The position numbers and the translations under genes are program-made. Of a DNA stretch of 64,000 nucleotides, positions 13,350 through 27,731 are shown in pieces. The stretch comes from Octopus vulgaris (Eukaryota): positions 35,650,001 to 35,714,000 of the forward strand of contig OX597825.1 of the NCBI GenBank assembly GCA_951406725.2, read 5' to 3'. Position 1 is the first letter of the stretch. Each line of letters starts with the position of its first letter. The notes under the pieces were generated by a model that searched no databases, was not told the origin of the DNA, and was given only the letters and a program-made list of their open reading frames with translations.

Positions 13350-13800
13350 CTTAAGGTGGAAAGTTAGCAGAATCGTTAACACATCATGCAAAATGCTTAA
13401 CGGCGTTTCACCCGTCTTTATGCCCTGAAATTAAATTCCACTAAGGTCGACTTTGCCTTTCATCTTTTTGGGGTCAATAAAATAAGTACCAGCTGAGCAC
13501 TGGGGATCAATGAAATCGGCTAGCCCCCTTCCCCAAAATTGCAGGCCTTTTGCCGAATTTGAAACCGATGTTACTTACAGTGAGGTGGCGGTGAGCTGGC
13601 TGAATCGTTAGCAAGCCGAGCAAAATGCTTAGCGACATTTCGTCCGTCTTTATGTTCTGAGTTGAAATTTCGTTGAGGTCAACGTTGCCTTTCATCCTTT
13701 CGGAGTCGATAAAATAAATACTAGTTGGACGCTGAGGTCGATGCGATCAGCTTATTCTCGCCTCCCTGAAATTGCTGGCCTTGTGCCAAAATTAGAAATC
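13350..13800 (+). mobile_element. Two head-to-tail SINE A monomers
   Basis: Two copies of gcgagctggcagaatcgttagc...ctttcatcctttcg..gtcgataaaataa...ggccttgtgccaaaatt. Confidence 0.8.
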
Positions 13801-14325
13801 AGTATTACTTAGAGTGAAAGGTAAAAGAAGATACGCAATTCCTAAATGTAAACGAAAACAAGGACGGGGAAAAAACGGAGAATGTTACACAAATACAAAT
13901 AACAGGACATAACAACAGGTATCTTTCTACTAAGGACGAATTAAATTGAGCTGGCGTGTGTGGAAGTAAAGCCTTACGGCAGGGATACAAGATTTCACAG
14001 GCACAGAGAGAGGAATATAGATGATACACGGACGATGGGCGAACCAAGAAAGAAAGATCAGGCTTGGCCGAACACCGGTCATGTGGGAAGAAAAGGGAGA
14101 GAGGTAGAGGCAAAGGGACAGAAGAATTAAAGAGAGGCGAGAGAAAAATCGACAGGGACCCAGTGAAGTGAAAAGAGGAGGGAAAGTGAGCAGGAAGAGA
14201 AGGCAGGGAAATGTGAGAGAGGGGAAACGAAAGAACGAAGAGTGGAATAAACGAATAAGCGTGAAAGGGCTGATAGAAAGAATAGAGTCGTACAAGATTT
14301 AGATAAATATATACTTACATATAAT

Positions 14326-14480
<155 letters not shown>

Positions 14481-16503
14481 ATATAGATATAGGTATATAC
14501 ATACATATATACGTAAATGTCGAACGATGAAAATGAGTGCTCAGCACTGCATTAGTGGATATAATTTCTTTACTTGGGAATTAAGGCTGCCATTTGTTTC
14601 ATGTTAAGAAAAGTAGGAAAATATCTTAATGTTTTAACAATTTTTCAAGCCGATCAGATGGAGAAAGTTGTTCGCCTCCATTTTGAAAAACACAGCCTCT
14701 ATATATACCTGTAGGTGTGCATGGACGAGCGATTAGAAAATTCCGTCAACAATCATGATACCGTGGGTACGACCTCATTCCATGGTTTCTTCAACAGATG
14801 TTGTTTTTTTTATCAAATTTTCGACTTAATCCCTTTTGAATGCAAGGGGGCAGAGAAAAGAAACAATAGAAGCTTGTCAGATGGATTGAAATTGTATTTT
14901 CAAGGAACAGTTTTGTTGCACAAAATGCCACTCTGTCTATGCCTGAAGATTACATTAAAGTCACGCATTTAAAGTGTCTGTGTGATACTAAGTCATTTAC
15001 ACATTAATCCAATAACTAGATGATTCAACTGTTCGGGATTTTGAAATAAATATCAAAGAATTTGGCAGTGATAAACGCTTGTACAACTCGTGTACCACTT
15101 TCTGAATCTCCATGATTAGTACTTTAGCACTTAGCGACAGACCAAAGTGAGATGATCTTAATCACGTGAACCCGCAGGTTTTACATCAGAGTGTTCCTCT
15201 CCTAGAAGAATGATGTGACAACAGCGAAGGGTTCCTCACTCTTGGGGAATTATTCCACACCCTGACACCAACCAATGATATTTCTGTACCCACACGTTCA
15301 AGTGAATTATCTTTACATATTCTAGTTAACCCATAGCTGGAATCCAGACAGTTGCGGGTCTTTCCTGTTTGACTGCCACTTTTCAGTTTCTTCAATTTTT
15401 GTTCCAATTGATTTCATATTTGACGTTTTGATGTAGTTTTGTGTGGTAATTATCGTCAAGAAATTCATTTTCGCCATAAGTAAAACGTTAATAGCTTTTA
15501 AATTTCGCAAAGTTTAGATAATTTTAGCCAATCGAAAGCCACAAATATATACAGGTGCCTGTTTCCATAGTAACAAGCCAAGCTGTTACCAAGCTGTTTA
15601 CCTACGTTGTCATTTTTCGCTTATTAAATACTTAAAACGCATGTGGTATAATGTAGTCGTGACATGTGCTAAAAATAATAGCTAAGTGGGCTTTAAATCA
15701 CGTACCAATTTTTTTTTTTTTGCATAATCGTATGAATTCCCGCGTGTAGAATACAAATTCGCAACAATATTCTGAATTTAAAAAAAAAATGAAAAAGTTA
15801 CGAGAGGTTATATGGCGAGAGTAAAGCAGAATTTTGCCAATATTTCATTTCGTCTAGCGTTACCTTCTGAGTTCAAATTCCACCGAGGTCGACTTTGCCT
15901 TTTATCCTTTCGAGGTCAATTAAATAAGTACCAGTTACGCACTGGGGTCGATGTAATCGACTGAAACCCTTTGTCTGTCCTTGTTTGTCCCCCCTATGAT
16001 TATCCCCCTGTGGACAATAAAGAAATAAATATTTCATTTGTTTACAGTTGACAACACGTGCAGACACGTACAAAATTATAGCTTCCAAATCCTGTTTTCT
16101 GATTGGGTAAAAATGATCAAACTTTAAACCTCTAACTTTTTTTAAGAATTCATCTGGAAATATTGAATTAGCCCCCGAGATTCAGCGTGGAAAATTATGT
16201 CAATACACCAAATTTTAAGATTTTCGCAAAACTTTAAAATTTCCACAGGTGCAGCCAAAAAGAAAAGATCCACAGCTGGTACCACTCCGGGTTAGAGTAG
16301 ACCTGGGAATATTAGTGTCCAAGAGATGGTTCCACACTTCTCAAATTCCTGCAACTACCGAGCCACTTTACATTTGTACGTATGTACTTAAGTTTATACA
16401 TATACACACATACATATGTGCATATATATATATATATATGTGTTGTGTGTGTGTGTGTACGTGTGTGTGTGTGTTTGTACGTATGCATGTGCGCGCGGGC
16501 ACG

Positions 16504-16543
<40 letters not shown>

Positions 16544-16749
16544 TGCGTATGTGTGTGTGTGTGTGTGCGCGCGCGTGCATGTGTGCGTGCGTTTCTATTA
16601 CACATAATAATGGACTGTTGAATTGCCTGAAGCAAGGTGGCAGAAGCGAAATGTCAGGTGATCAGGTGACAAGCGGATATTGTGTGCTATAGAGCTATGA
16701 AATGGAATGTATGAATATTATCTCACATGATCGAACGCTGAACGTGATA

Positions 16750-17135
16750 GCCGAAACGTTAGCACGCCGGGCTAAATGCGTAGCCGTATTTCGCCTGCCG
16801 TTACGTTCTGAGTTAAAATTCCACCGAGGTCGACTTTGTCTTTCATCCTTTCGAGGTCGATAAATTAAGTACCAGTTACGCACTGGAGTCGATATAATCG
16901 ACTTAATCCGTTTGTCTGTCCTTGTTTGTCCCCTCTCTGTTTAGTCTCTTGTGGGCAGTAAAGAAATAGGTATTTCATATGTCTTTACGTTCTGAGTTCA
17001 AATTCCGCCGAGGTCGACTTTACCTTTCATCCTTTCGGGGTCGATAAATTAAGTACCAGTTACGTACTGGGGTCGATGTAATCGACTGGCACCCTCCCCC
17101 AAAATTTCAGGCCTTATGCCTAGAGTAGAAAAGAA
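16750..17135 (+). mobile_element. Dimeric SINE A
   Basis: Body starts at 16786 and 16970 (184-bp spacing), same linker as the 7.4-8.3 kb array, monomer tail ...gcctagagtagaaaaga. Confidence 0.88.
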
Positions 17136-17706
17136 AGTAACAGGACTGAACATTTATGCCGACTCGAACTCTACTTATCATACACACACAAACTTTCTCT
17201 CTTTCTCTCTCTCTCTCTTAATTTCTTACTCTCGCTCACTCTGTCTTTCTCTCACTCACTCTTTCTCTCTCCCCTCTCTCATTCTGCAATTTTTATTTCT
17301 ATCATATTCTTCTTCCTCATTCTCTTTGATTATGATCGTTTTCCTTTAATCCTAAGTCACTCTAATCCAGCAAACCTATAATGAAAGACGGTCGACCTGA
17401 GACTATTTCATCTTGTAATCCCAGACACTGTACATCTCGGACTACGCTATTCAATGCCTTGTTGCTTTTACAACTCTGAGATATCATTTTAAAGAGATTT
17501 AGCCTTTTTAAACCAACAGATTAATTAACGACATAATATCTCGTTCCATTGTAACCTCGGAATACATTGTGTCTGAACTAAGTCATATTATCCATAGTGT
17601 CTTCCCCCATTATGATGGCATCGGGTGATTTCAGCAAGATTTGGCTGCTGTCTCTAGGAAAACGAACAATGACGTTAAGTCTTCTACTGTGGTCAGTAAT
17701 CATTAA

Positions 17707-17743
<37 letters not shown>

Positions 17744-19419
17744 ACTGCCATTTATACCGTCATCATTGACATAAACGTTATCCTCATCACCACCAAGTGC
17801 TTCCGCTGTTACCGAAGACTGGGTGTTTGCTCTGAATTCTCCCAAATTCCAAGAAATGGTTGCAAAGACAATGAGTGTGGTAGGTATTAACTATCTCAAA
17901 CAGCGCAAAAAAAAAAAGAGACGCGAAGCGAATTAAGCGCAATGAATCTACGGTATTAAATTCATCACCACCAACAACAACACCACCACCACCACCACCA
18001 CCACCGGTGCCTCCTTCTTACTTCTATAACAACAACTAGTCTGTTCGTGTTGACAAGTGAACATGTTTGTAGTCACAAGACTTGCTAGAAATAAAAACTA
18101 AATCTCCAAAACACACCCAACATTTAAAAAAAGCAACAAAGAACATCGGATAATGTAACCTGAGATACACATTATGACTGGAAAAAGGACAGCTGGAATG
18201 ATCACTGCTGGAATGGTCACGGCTGGAATACCTTTTATTTGTAAACCAGTGGCTACTCTTCGCATAGCTTCTCCATGCCCTTCAGTTTTTTTATTGTTTT
18301 TTTTTTTAAATTGGTATCAGTGGATTCTTCGCTTAACTCTTTTGCTTTTTTGAGATAGTTCTGAGAATGTCCTCATAACCATTTCTTGGACTTAGGTAGA
18401 AGTGGGACCAAGCACTCAGTCTTCCGTAACGCGGGAATACTTAATGACAGTGATAAAGTTATCTAATGTGAGAACGACTAGTGGTGAATGGCTGTAGATG
18501 CGGCAAGTGTGACCAACCGAGCAGTGTGACACTACCCGTACATTGTGACACCAGCCGTACAGTGTAACATCAGTTTTACAGTGTGAGACCAGCTCCAGTT
18601 TGGTGTCAGTAGATCTACCAAGTAACGCTGGAGATAGATTCTTAATGGCATAAATATCTATGTATATCTGTTGTGTCACATTCTACAGCGAGTTGACTAA
18701 GATCTCCAAGAATATCTAAGGGAGAGTAACTTGGTCGTCGTATCGGTTTCTTTTGCTATGTCACTATTAAATACAGAATTAAAGAGATGGACAGTGGCAA
18801 CGGTTATATGAGTTCCAGTGTCTATCTTGGATTAAACCTTTCTGTCTTTGATTTTTAAGTCCACTAAATCACACTATCCCTAGGTCTCTACCAGCTACTA
18901 ATTTGACTAGAAATATACTCCTGTCCTCTTTCTGTACTTCATGTACGGTTCAGGAGGTTGTGCATAGCCACCTACCGTAGCTTTTCTTTCCAAATGCGTT
19001 ATATCAACAGCCGTTTTGATGACGGGCAGAGCTTTGCGATGATACTGTTTCAAAGGAAAGGTTTATGGCAAAAGCAATGCTAATTTTAAAACTAAATGTC
19101 AATAAAGAATAAAGACTACATTTTTTTCTTTAACTCAAAATGGGCGTGATAGTTACGACTGGAACGTCTGTCAACATAGGTTTACTCGATCAGGCTGGTC
19201 TTCGGGATAAGCAACATCAAGAAGCTCAACATAAACTACAAATCATAGTACAATAATTTCATTTATCATTATTATATAAAACTATTCACTAAGGTCGACT
19301 TTGCGTTTCATCCTTTCGGGTTTGATAAAATATGAACCAGTTGAGTACATAAATATGGAGGAAGGGCATAGTTCATGGATGAACAACTTCTTTTTGTAAG
19401 AGCCTACCACTGATTGTTT

Positions 19420-19738
19420 TTCAACATCTGCTCGGGATTACATCTAGAAAGTTCCCCTCCGAAGCACTAGCCCGAGCAAGTTTGTTTGTGGAAGACCAGC
19501 AGTCTCCCATACACACCAGTCTCCTCTTTTGATACCACCAATGTTGTCGAGGGAAAAACAAAAGCCAACTCAGCTTGGCACCTGTGATGTCGCAACTCAT
19601 TTCTACAACCGAGTGAACTGGAGCAACGTGATATAGTGTCTTACTCAAGAACACAATACACAGGCTGGTCCGGGAATCAAACTAACAATCTCACGATTGT
19701 AAGCCTGGCACTCTAACCACTGAGCCATGCACCTTCAC
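19420..19738 (-). mobile_element. SINE family D
   Basis: tRNA-like head and CORE-like block shared with family C, different 3' body; homologous to 60635-60925. Confidence 0.8.
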
Positions 19739-20418
19739 TGATACTTAATTTATCGACCCCGAAAGAATGAAAGGTAAAGTCAACCTGGGAGGAATTTGAA
19801 CTCAGAACATAGTGACGGGCGAAATATCGATAAACCTTTTTGTCCAGCGTGCTAACCATTCTGCCAGCTCGCCGTCTTACTTCACGACATTAATAATGAT
19901 AGCAATAATGGTAATTATTAATTATATAATTAGTTTAATTAGATAGCGAGTAAGTAAGCTTAATTATCTTTTTCAAGGACATGGCGCTTGGCTTAGAAAA
20001 GGAATTCTTTGTTTTAATAACCGCATATTTCGAGTGTTTGTTTCATTTTCTCGAGAACAAAGGGGCAAATGCAAAGTGCGCGTGCGCACAAACACACACA
20101 CAGACACACACACAAACACACACACACACATTTACATAGCTACATTAATATAAAAAGTCATACATATAAACAGTCACATATGCACACTCACACACACACA
20201 CACGCACACATGCACGCACGCACACACACATACACGTATGTTTACATACACACGCTTACATACATATACACACAAAGACACATTCCATGTCAATCTAAAA
20301 TACACTTTCTCGGACAAGTAGATGAAAAGGCGGACAATCCCCTAAGATTATCACATCTTTCAATGGATATAATAGTTTCAAGGCTGCTAAAATTAAGGAT
20401 CAAGTCTTGGGTATACAG

Positions 20419-21230
20419 CTTCTTCTTCTTCTTCTTCTTCTTCTTCTTCTTCTTCTTCTTCTTCTTCTTCTTCTTCTTCTTCTTCTTCTTCTTCTTCTTC
20501 TTCTTCTTCTTCTTCTTCTTCTTCTTCTTCTTCTTCTCTTCCTCTTCTCTCTTCTTCTCTTCTTCTTCTTCTTCTTCTTCTCTTCTTCTCTCTTCTTCTT
20601 CTTCTTCTTCTTCTTCTTCTTCTCTTCTCTCTCCCCTCTCTCTCTCTTATATATATATATTTCATTTTTATTTTTGTTATCTCTCCTTAGCTGCTTGTCC
20701 CCATCCTTCTGTCGCTCTGTCCCCAACCTGTCTTGCTTTTCGTTAGCTCTTCCGCACCAGCACGTCCCTATCTTTATTTACTACCTGTCTATTTTAGTAT
20801 CTCTCTCTCTTTCTCTCCCTCTCTCTGTCTCCCTCACTCGTTAGCTCTTTCTTTCTCTCTCACTTTGACTACCTCCCTCTCGTTAGCTCTTATATTTACA
20901 CTCTTCAACTCGTTAGTTGTTTCTCTTTCCCACTCGCTCTCCATTTTGTCTGCTCCCTCTTTTCATCCCTTCCATCCCCCTCTCTCTTCGTTAGCCCCTC
21001 TCTTTTGTTAGCTCACTCGCTCATTCTTTATCTCCTTCCCTCTCCCTTTAGATCTTTCTCTCTCTTTGTCTGCCCCCTCTCTCTCCCATGTTAGCTCGAG
21101 CTGCTTGTCTCCCTCTCCTGCTCTCTATCTCGCTAGCACAATCTCTCTCCCCTCTCCCCTCTCTCTCTCTCTCTCTTTCGTTACCTGTTGACTCCTTCCA
21201 ACTCTCTCCCCTCTCTCACGTTCTCATCAT
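20419..21230. repeat. (CTT)n microsatellite followed by polypyrimidine tract with recurrent CGTTAGC motif
   Basis: Directly visible. Confidence 0.9.
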
Positions 21231-22879
21231 CTCAGTTTGTCTTTTGAAATGTTATTAAAGGTGATCAACTTATTTCTCCATCATAGGAAATACGTGACAA
21301 AAACATCAAAGAATGTGTTAGATTCCATTCCTTCCACAAATCTTTGCTCCAATATTTTAACACGTCACTTCGAATGCCTTCTTTTTAATCGTTTTCCTTC
21401 ATATAGTTTCTGTATTTTCTTGCTTTCTTTTCTTTTTACTGATTAGCAAAGACAATCCCCCAAAGCTGAAAGTTTTCTCATGAAATATGTATCCATTCAT
21501 GGTTTTACTGGACAAATAATGCTGTTTTACAATGAGACATTTTTCAATGGTTTTTGTAAGAGGAGGAAGGGCAATGTCCTTAACTATTCTTCAGGGTCTC
21601 CTTTACTGGCTTGCTTACGTCCTCGTAACTTGGCGGTTCGGCAAAGAGCTAGATATAATAAATACCAGATTTTTTTTTAAATCATCCTAGGATTGATTCG
21701 TTCGACTAAAACCCCTTCAAGACGGTGTTCCAGCATGACCGTAGTCTAATGACTAAAACAAAATATAAAAGTTGCAATGTGTGTGTGTGTGTGTGTGTGT
21801 GAGTGTGTCCCAACCACGATTTGACAATCAATGTTTGTTTACGTTTCGCTAAGTTAACGATTTCGGCAGAGACCGATGGAAGGGGTACCAGACTTTCAAA
21901 ATATTAAATCATAGGGTCGATTTCTATCCTTTCAAAGCTGTCCTCAGTATGACCGCTATCCAATAACCAGAAACAAGTAAAATATAATAGCCAGGTAATT
22001 GCTGTTACGCATCTAAGCGACAGGTTACGTGTGCAAACTTCACGACAGGGATGGTTTCTGCGTTGGGCTTCCACATAGGTACCGCCTACCAAATTTAATT
22101 CAAAAGGTTTTGGTTAATTAGAAGTTACAGGTGAAGTCACTTGCCAAATATGGCACGCCCTCGGATTAAACCTCAAAACCTCATAGTTGCGATGCTAACT
22201 TAGTCGTATAACCAGTCTGTATTGGAACCCTGTTTTAAACTCATCTTTTTGGAATTTGTTCTGAGCCACTACCTGACACACCAAAACACATTCTTCTTAC
22301 ATTACACTGTATCTCTTTTATGTCGGCAATGTAAATGGAATGTGACGGAAATGTGGTCGCTATTTTTTGCAAATCGAACGGTCACGTAAATGCTTCGTTC
22401 GTTCTTTCATTATTAGAGATGTCAGAATCGTTAATATATTAGATAAAATGGCAGAATCGTTAATGTATCGGATAAAATGCTTTACGGTATTTCATCCGCC
22501 TCTACGTTAGAATACAAATTCCGCCGGGATCAACTTTGCTTTCGTCCTTTCAGAGTCGATAAAATAAGTAACAGTCGAGCACTGTGATCAATGTAGTCGA
22601 ATTGCCCACCTCAAAAGCTTCAGGTCCTTTGCCTAGAGTAGAAAGAATGGATTGTTAGAGTTGTTGCTATTGCAGTATTTTTGCCGGCTTTTTATGCTCT
22701 GAGTCCGAATTCCGTTGTAGTTGACTTCGCTTTTCATCATTTTGGGGTTGATAAAATAGGGACCAGATGAAATCGACTTTCCCCTCGCCCCTCGCCAAAA
22801 TTGCTAGCCTTGTGCCAAATTTATAAATAACTACTTGGCATTTTTTAATAGGTTTAATAATTTTTTTTTTTTTTTAAAG

Positions 22880-24089
22880 GTTTAATAAAAAATAACAACT
22901 AATTAATCAGTAATGTATTCACCCTTGTTGTTTACAACTTCTTCCTAACGTTCAACAAAATCTTCAACACCTCGTTGGTAAAAATCACCCAATTTCGACT
23001 TGAAAAATTGATCCAACCAAGCTCTCAATTCTGCATCAGTATTGAACGAAACTCCACGCATAGCATTTTAAAGAGATGAAAAGAGGTGGAAATCCGTTGG
23101 TGCCAAATCAGGAGAGTACGGCGGGTGTCGCTGCATTTCCCAGCCATGCGTTTCAATGGCTTCCTTGGTCATATTGGCGATATGAGGCGGGCGTTGTCGT
23201 GCAGCAGAAGAACTCCATGAATAGCCGTGTTGAGTGGTTCCATCTGTTGAACATAGAGTTCCGTGTTGACTGTTTGGTTCCGTTCAAGCAATTCGTAATG
23301 GATAATCCCTTCCCAGTCCCATCATACTCATAACATCATTTTACACGGATGAAGATCTTGTTTCACGCGCAGTGTAGCTTGTTTACCGGGGCTAAGCCAT
23401 TCCTTATGCTGCTTCATATTGATGTACAGGCCCCATTTTTCGTCGCCAGTAACGATTCGGTAAAGAAATCGTTGCTTGTGTCTATGAGTTGAGCGGGGAC
23501 GCGTAAGCAAACCAGCGGAGATTGTGGCTCGTTGATTTTTGTTGTTGTCACTTAAAGCATGCGGAACCCATGCTCCATACTTCTGAACCTTTCCCATCGA
23601 GTGAGGATGCTTCTCCATAGTAGTTTGGGAACATTCCATTTTCTCTGCAAGTTCCCTTGACGTTTGACGAGAATTTTCGTGCAAAAGTTGGTTTAATCGC
23701 TCTTCATCGAACTCAAATGGACGGCCAGAACGATGTGCGTCTTCGATGTCAAAATTTTCAATTTTTGAACTTGGCATACCAATTACGAGCGGTTCTTTCA
23801 GCTATGGCACCCTCTCCATACACAACAGAAATGTCGCGAGCAGCTTTTGCGGCCTTAGAACCATGATAAAATGAAAAAAAAAAAAAGGTTTTTCTCAACT
23901 TGACATTCTATTTTAATGATAAAATTAACTGAAGCAAAAATTAACTGAAATTAAAAAACAAAACAAACAAAATAGATTTCAGAATGATTGAAAAATAGAA
24001 TTCTCGAAAAAAATAGATTCCAAAATTTAAAAGCGCAATAAATTCCAAAATTTAAAAAAAACGGCGGGAACTTAGTTGCCAACCCAATA
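22880..24089 (-). mobile_element. Mariner (DD34D) transposon, defective
   Basis: TIR TATTGGGTTGGCAACTAAGTT at 24069-24089; minus-strand transposase motifs; second TIR not found. Confidence 0.95.
22900..23870 (-). pseudogene. Mariner transposase pseudogene
   Basis: RSGRP, WVPHAL, IVTGDEKW, HDNAR(P)H...HPPYSPDLAPTDFHLF (34 residues between the second and third D after correcting one frameshift), ends GEYITD*; several stops and frameshifts. Confidence 0.93.
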
Positions 24090-24096
24090 CATACAT

Positions 24097-24185
<89 letters not shown>

Positions 24186-24848
24186 TGTATACGACGGGCT
24201 TCTTTCAGTTTCCGTCTACCAAATCTAAACGATACTGATAGAATATGTAACGGGCTTTTAAAAGTAAGTACTGGAGTCAATGCTTTCGACTAAAAAATGC
24301 ATGACGATTGTTTTTTGGGTTTTTTTCAGTATTTGTGTACCTTGGACAGTATTGTCAAGTCTATGATTTTTTTAAGGCTGTAAAGGGATATTTAACGAAG
24401 ATTTTACTCTTATTTATATCATATTGTGGACCACGTAAAATCCTGCGCGAAGCATATTAAAAATATGAGGAACATGTTTGGTTTTTGTCTCAAGGTTTAA
24501 TCCGTCTATATCAAATGTGGTTTGTTAGAATAAAGGAATAAAAGATGAATGTTAGTATTTAAAGCTATCCCTTTTTGATGACAGATAAACTAGGGTTGTA
24601 TGATAAATATACTTTTTATTCTTTCACTGTTTCCAGTTATTAGACTGCAACCATGATGGGAGTCATCCTTTAAGTGTTCTTAATCGATCATATCGAATTT
24701 AGGATTTATGTTATAGAAACTTATTTATCGAATGGCTTACTTACCTTTGAAGCAACACCACGCACCATTTTACAATAGTATAAACACATGCATAGATCTC
24801 TAGCCACTACACATTCTTTATTTTCTCTCCTTGTTTCTTTCTGTGTTC

Positions 24849-24884
24849 CTTTCTGTGGAAGAGCGTGGGCTCGAAACGTTAAAG
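24849..24884 (+). ncRNA. Minimal type-I hammerhead ribozyme motif, CUGUGGA core variant
   Basis: cttt-CTGTGGA-a-gagc(gtgg)gctc-GAAA-cgtt-aaag: stem I cttt/aaag, stem II gagc/gctc, palindromic ACGT stem III. Confidence 0.6.
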
Positions 24885-25113
24885 AATTTTTCACTTCTCG
24901 AGCGTTTGTTGTCGACACCACCAGTCTTTGTCCTTTGTTTTTTTTTGTGAATTCTCCCCCTACATACATACACGCACGCACACACATACATACATACACG
25001 CACGCACACACATACATACATACACGCACACACACACACAAATACATACATACACACATACACGCACGCACGCACATGCAGACATACATACATACATACA
25101 TACATACATACAT

Positions 25114-25147
<34 letters not shown>

Positions 25148-25271
25148 TACAATATCTCGGGCAATAAAAATCTGCAATGTCTTCTTTAGATTCAAAGGGG
25201 GATGAAAAAAAGCTAATGTTTTCCCTCACAACTTCGCTACGAAGCAGGTGGCCGATCAAAATTAGTGCTTT

Positions 25272-25673
25272 GTGAGCCATCGAAAAACTGAAACTCTCCT
25301 ATCAGTCTTCTCGTACTCACCTCCCACTCAGTCCGTCCTTATTGATGATGCTTCTCTACCGCAGGCGAACTCATTCTGCAATCTTGGACGATCTCTATCA
25401 CTGAACTCCTCGATGAGTACCAGCTCGGTCATTGCATTTTTCAGGAGATTCAGTAGACGAATATTTCGGAACAAGAACCATAGAGCAAGTACAAAAGTCT
25501 CCATTTATCGAGCTGTCTGTGTATCCACACTTCTGTACAGTTCTGAGAGCTTCACCCTTTATCGGCATCAGATGAGACAACTGGAAGCTTTCCGTATTAG
25601 ATCGCTCCAAAATGTCCTCAGTTTCACTTGTCAGGGTGGCAGGACAAGGTGGTTCATACCGAAATCCCCCTAA
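25272..25673 (+). pseudogene. RTE-clade LINE RT C-terminal fragment
   Basis: SFCNLG, AF..FSRRIFRN, TKVSIYRAVCVSTLLYSSESFTLYRHQMRQLEAFRIRSLQNVL match the RTE signature TK..IY.A.V...LLYG.E.W. Confidence 0.85.
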
Positions 25674-25827
25674 GGGCTGCAATCTACTGCGTTAAGAGAG
25701 TGGGAAAGTGAGAGAGAAAGGAGAGAGAAACAAAGGGGGAGAATGTGGTGATAAAAAACAGAAAGGATGCAACAGAGAGTAACAACCACACTCTTAACCG
25801 CGCGTAGAGCGGGTCACCTTGAGCTAG

Positions 25828-25859
<32 letters not shown>

Positions 25860-25889
25860 CATACATACATACATACATACATACATACA

Positions 25890-25920
<31 letters not shown>

Positions 25921-25968
25921 GCAGATCTATGTGAATGTATATATTCATGTTTTGCATCTATGCGTGCG

Positions 25969-26004
<36 letters not shown>

Positions 26005-26621
26005 TGTGTGTGTGTGTAAAAGTATGTGCATGCTCGTGTTTTGTTTGAATCCATGTGGTGTGATATTTGTTCCGTGTGTTTTTCGCTCCGGCAATATTTA
26101 TTCACTACCTTTCTCTTACCAATTCGTAGCTAAGTTGCTGTTGTTACACGGCAAACAAATTATGCAGCATTCGAACGCTCATTAGCCGTTAACTATTCAA
26201 ATGTACGTCATTAACACCGATACGAATCGCTTCTGCTCGCATTTGCTTATTTGTCTGGACATTCCGTATAGTATTTCAGAAATAACTTACATAACTTAAA
26301 TAAACGCAATGCATGTTTCTCCCGCCGAATTGATCAACGCTTTTTGTACTCATGTGGTGGTGGTGATGGTGGTAGCTGTGGATGAGATGTAGTAGGTGGT
26401 TGTGGTTGAAGCAACAGACGAGTTAAGTGCAAGCAAACATCGATTAAAGCGACCTCAGCGCTTGCTTCTTTTTCCCCTGCCGTGTTTCATACATACAAAT
26501 AAATCTTTGATCTCTCTGCAAAGGTGTGAGGACGATGTATAATTGATCAAACAGACCATCCCAACGACGACTATCCTTCGTTAATACATACATACGCACG
26601 CACACAAGCACACGTGTGTAT

Positions 26622-26711
<90 letters not shown>

Positions 26712-27692
26712 TGTACACACACATATATATATACATACATACGCATATATACACATTCATACACACACACATGCACACGCGAAGAAAGAAGGGCAAAGAA
26801 AGATATGGGAAAACGGTCTTTAGTTGTTAGCTGTTACCCTTGTGCAAGCATTGTACAATGTTTATACACATGCCCATGCGCACACACATACGTACATACA
26901 CACATACGCACACACACATACACACACGCACATATGTACACACACATATAATATGAAATTTCAAAATATTAATAAAGTCATAAATAACACATGTATTCGT
27001 GTGGGGATGTGCAGAGCAAATTCGCCATAGCTGATCCCAAGTCCGTTTGAAAAAGACAGAAAATTTGGATCCGGAACAGCATGTGGCTCCTTAAAAAACG
27101 AAAACAAGAGTAAATAAATAAACGCCCAGAGACGGCAGAATAATTCAATCTAAGATGACACGAAGATAAAAAAACAATGTTCTACCCATTTTGTAACGGA
27201 ATTGGATGAAAGCCGACGTGGAAGTAAAGAGCTGTAGAAGAGACAAGATGTAGTTTAAAGAAAAAGAAAATGGAGCAAAATGGAGTAACCCGCATAAAGA
27301 TACTGTATTTAAAAATGTCAATAAACTGGATGGGGTACGAAACTCACTAAATATTCTGGTAAAAGACATGAATTGGAGAGTGCTCTTGATAGCTTAAGTA
27401 CAGAATTCTCGTTGGTGGAGCCCTTCTTTGAAGTACCAAACCAAGAAAAGAGACAAGACCAAACAACAGAGATCTAATGGCATTTTCGTTCGTTTTTAAC
27501 TTTTATAGCATTATTTACAGTGATGGAAATTAGATGATTAAGTAAGGGGATAGAGTTTCCCTAATTTTCAGATCATGGAGATGAATGGCTTATAGCATCT
27601 TGTCCCACCTTCCCAGCCTCATCCTCTCGGACCTCAGCGTTTTACAATTTTCATCATTTATTACACTGTAACAAATTTTTTATTGTTATATT

Positions 27693-27731
<39 letters not shown>

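Noticed and set aside
15190-15330. VGVRVWNNSP peptide resembling a CR1/L2 C-terminus
   Set aside because: Too short and degenerate to support a call.
18350-18850. Possible solo LTR with a short cagtgtgacac minisatellite (18520-18595)
   Set aside because: No clear TG...CA termini, TSD or second copy in the window.
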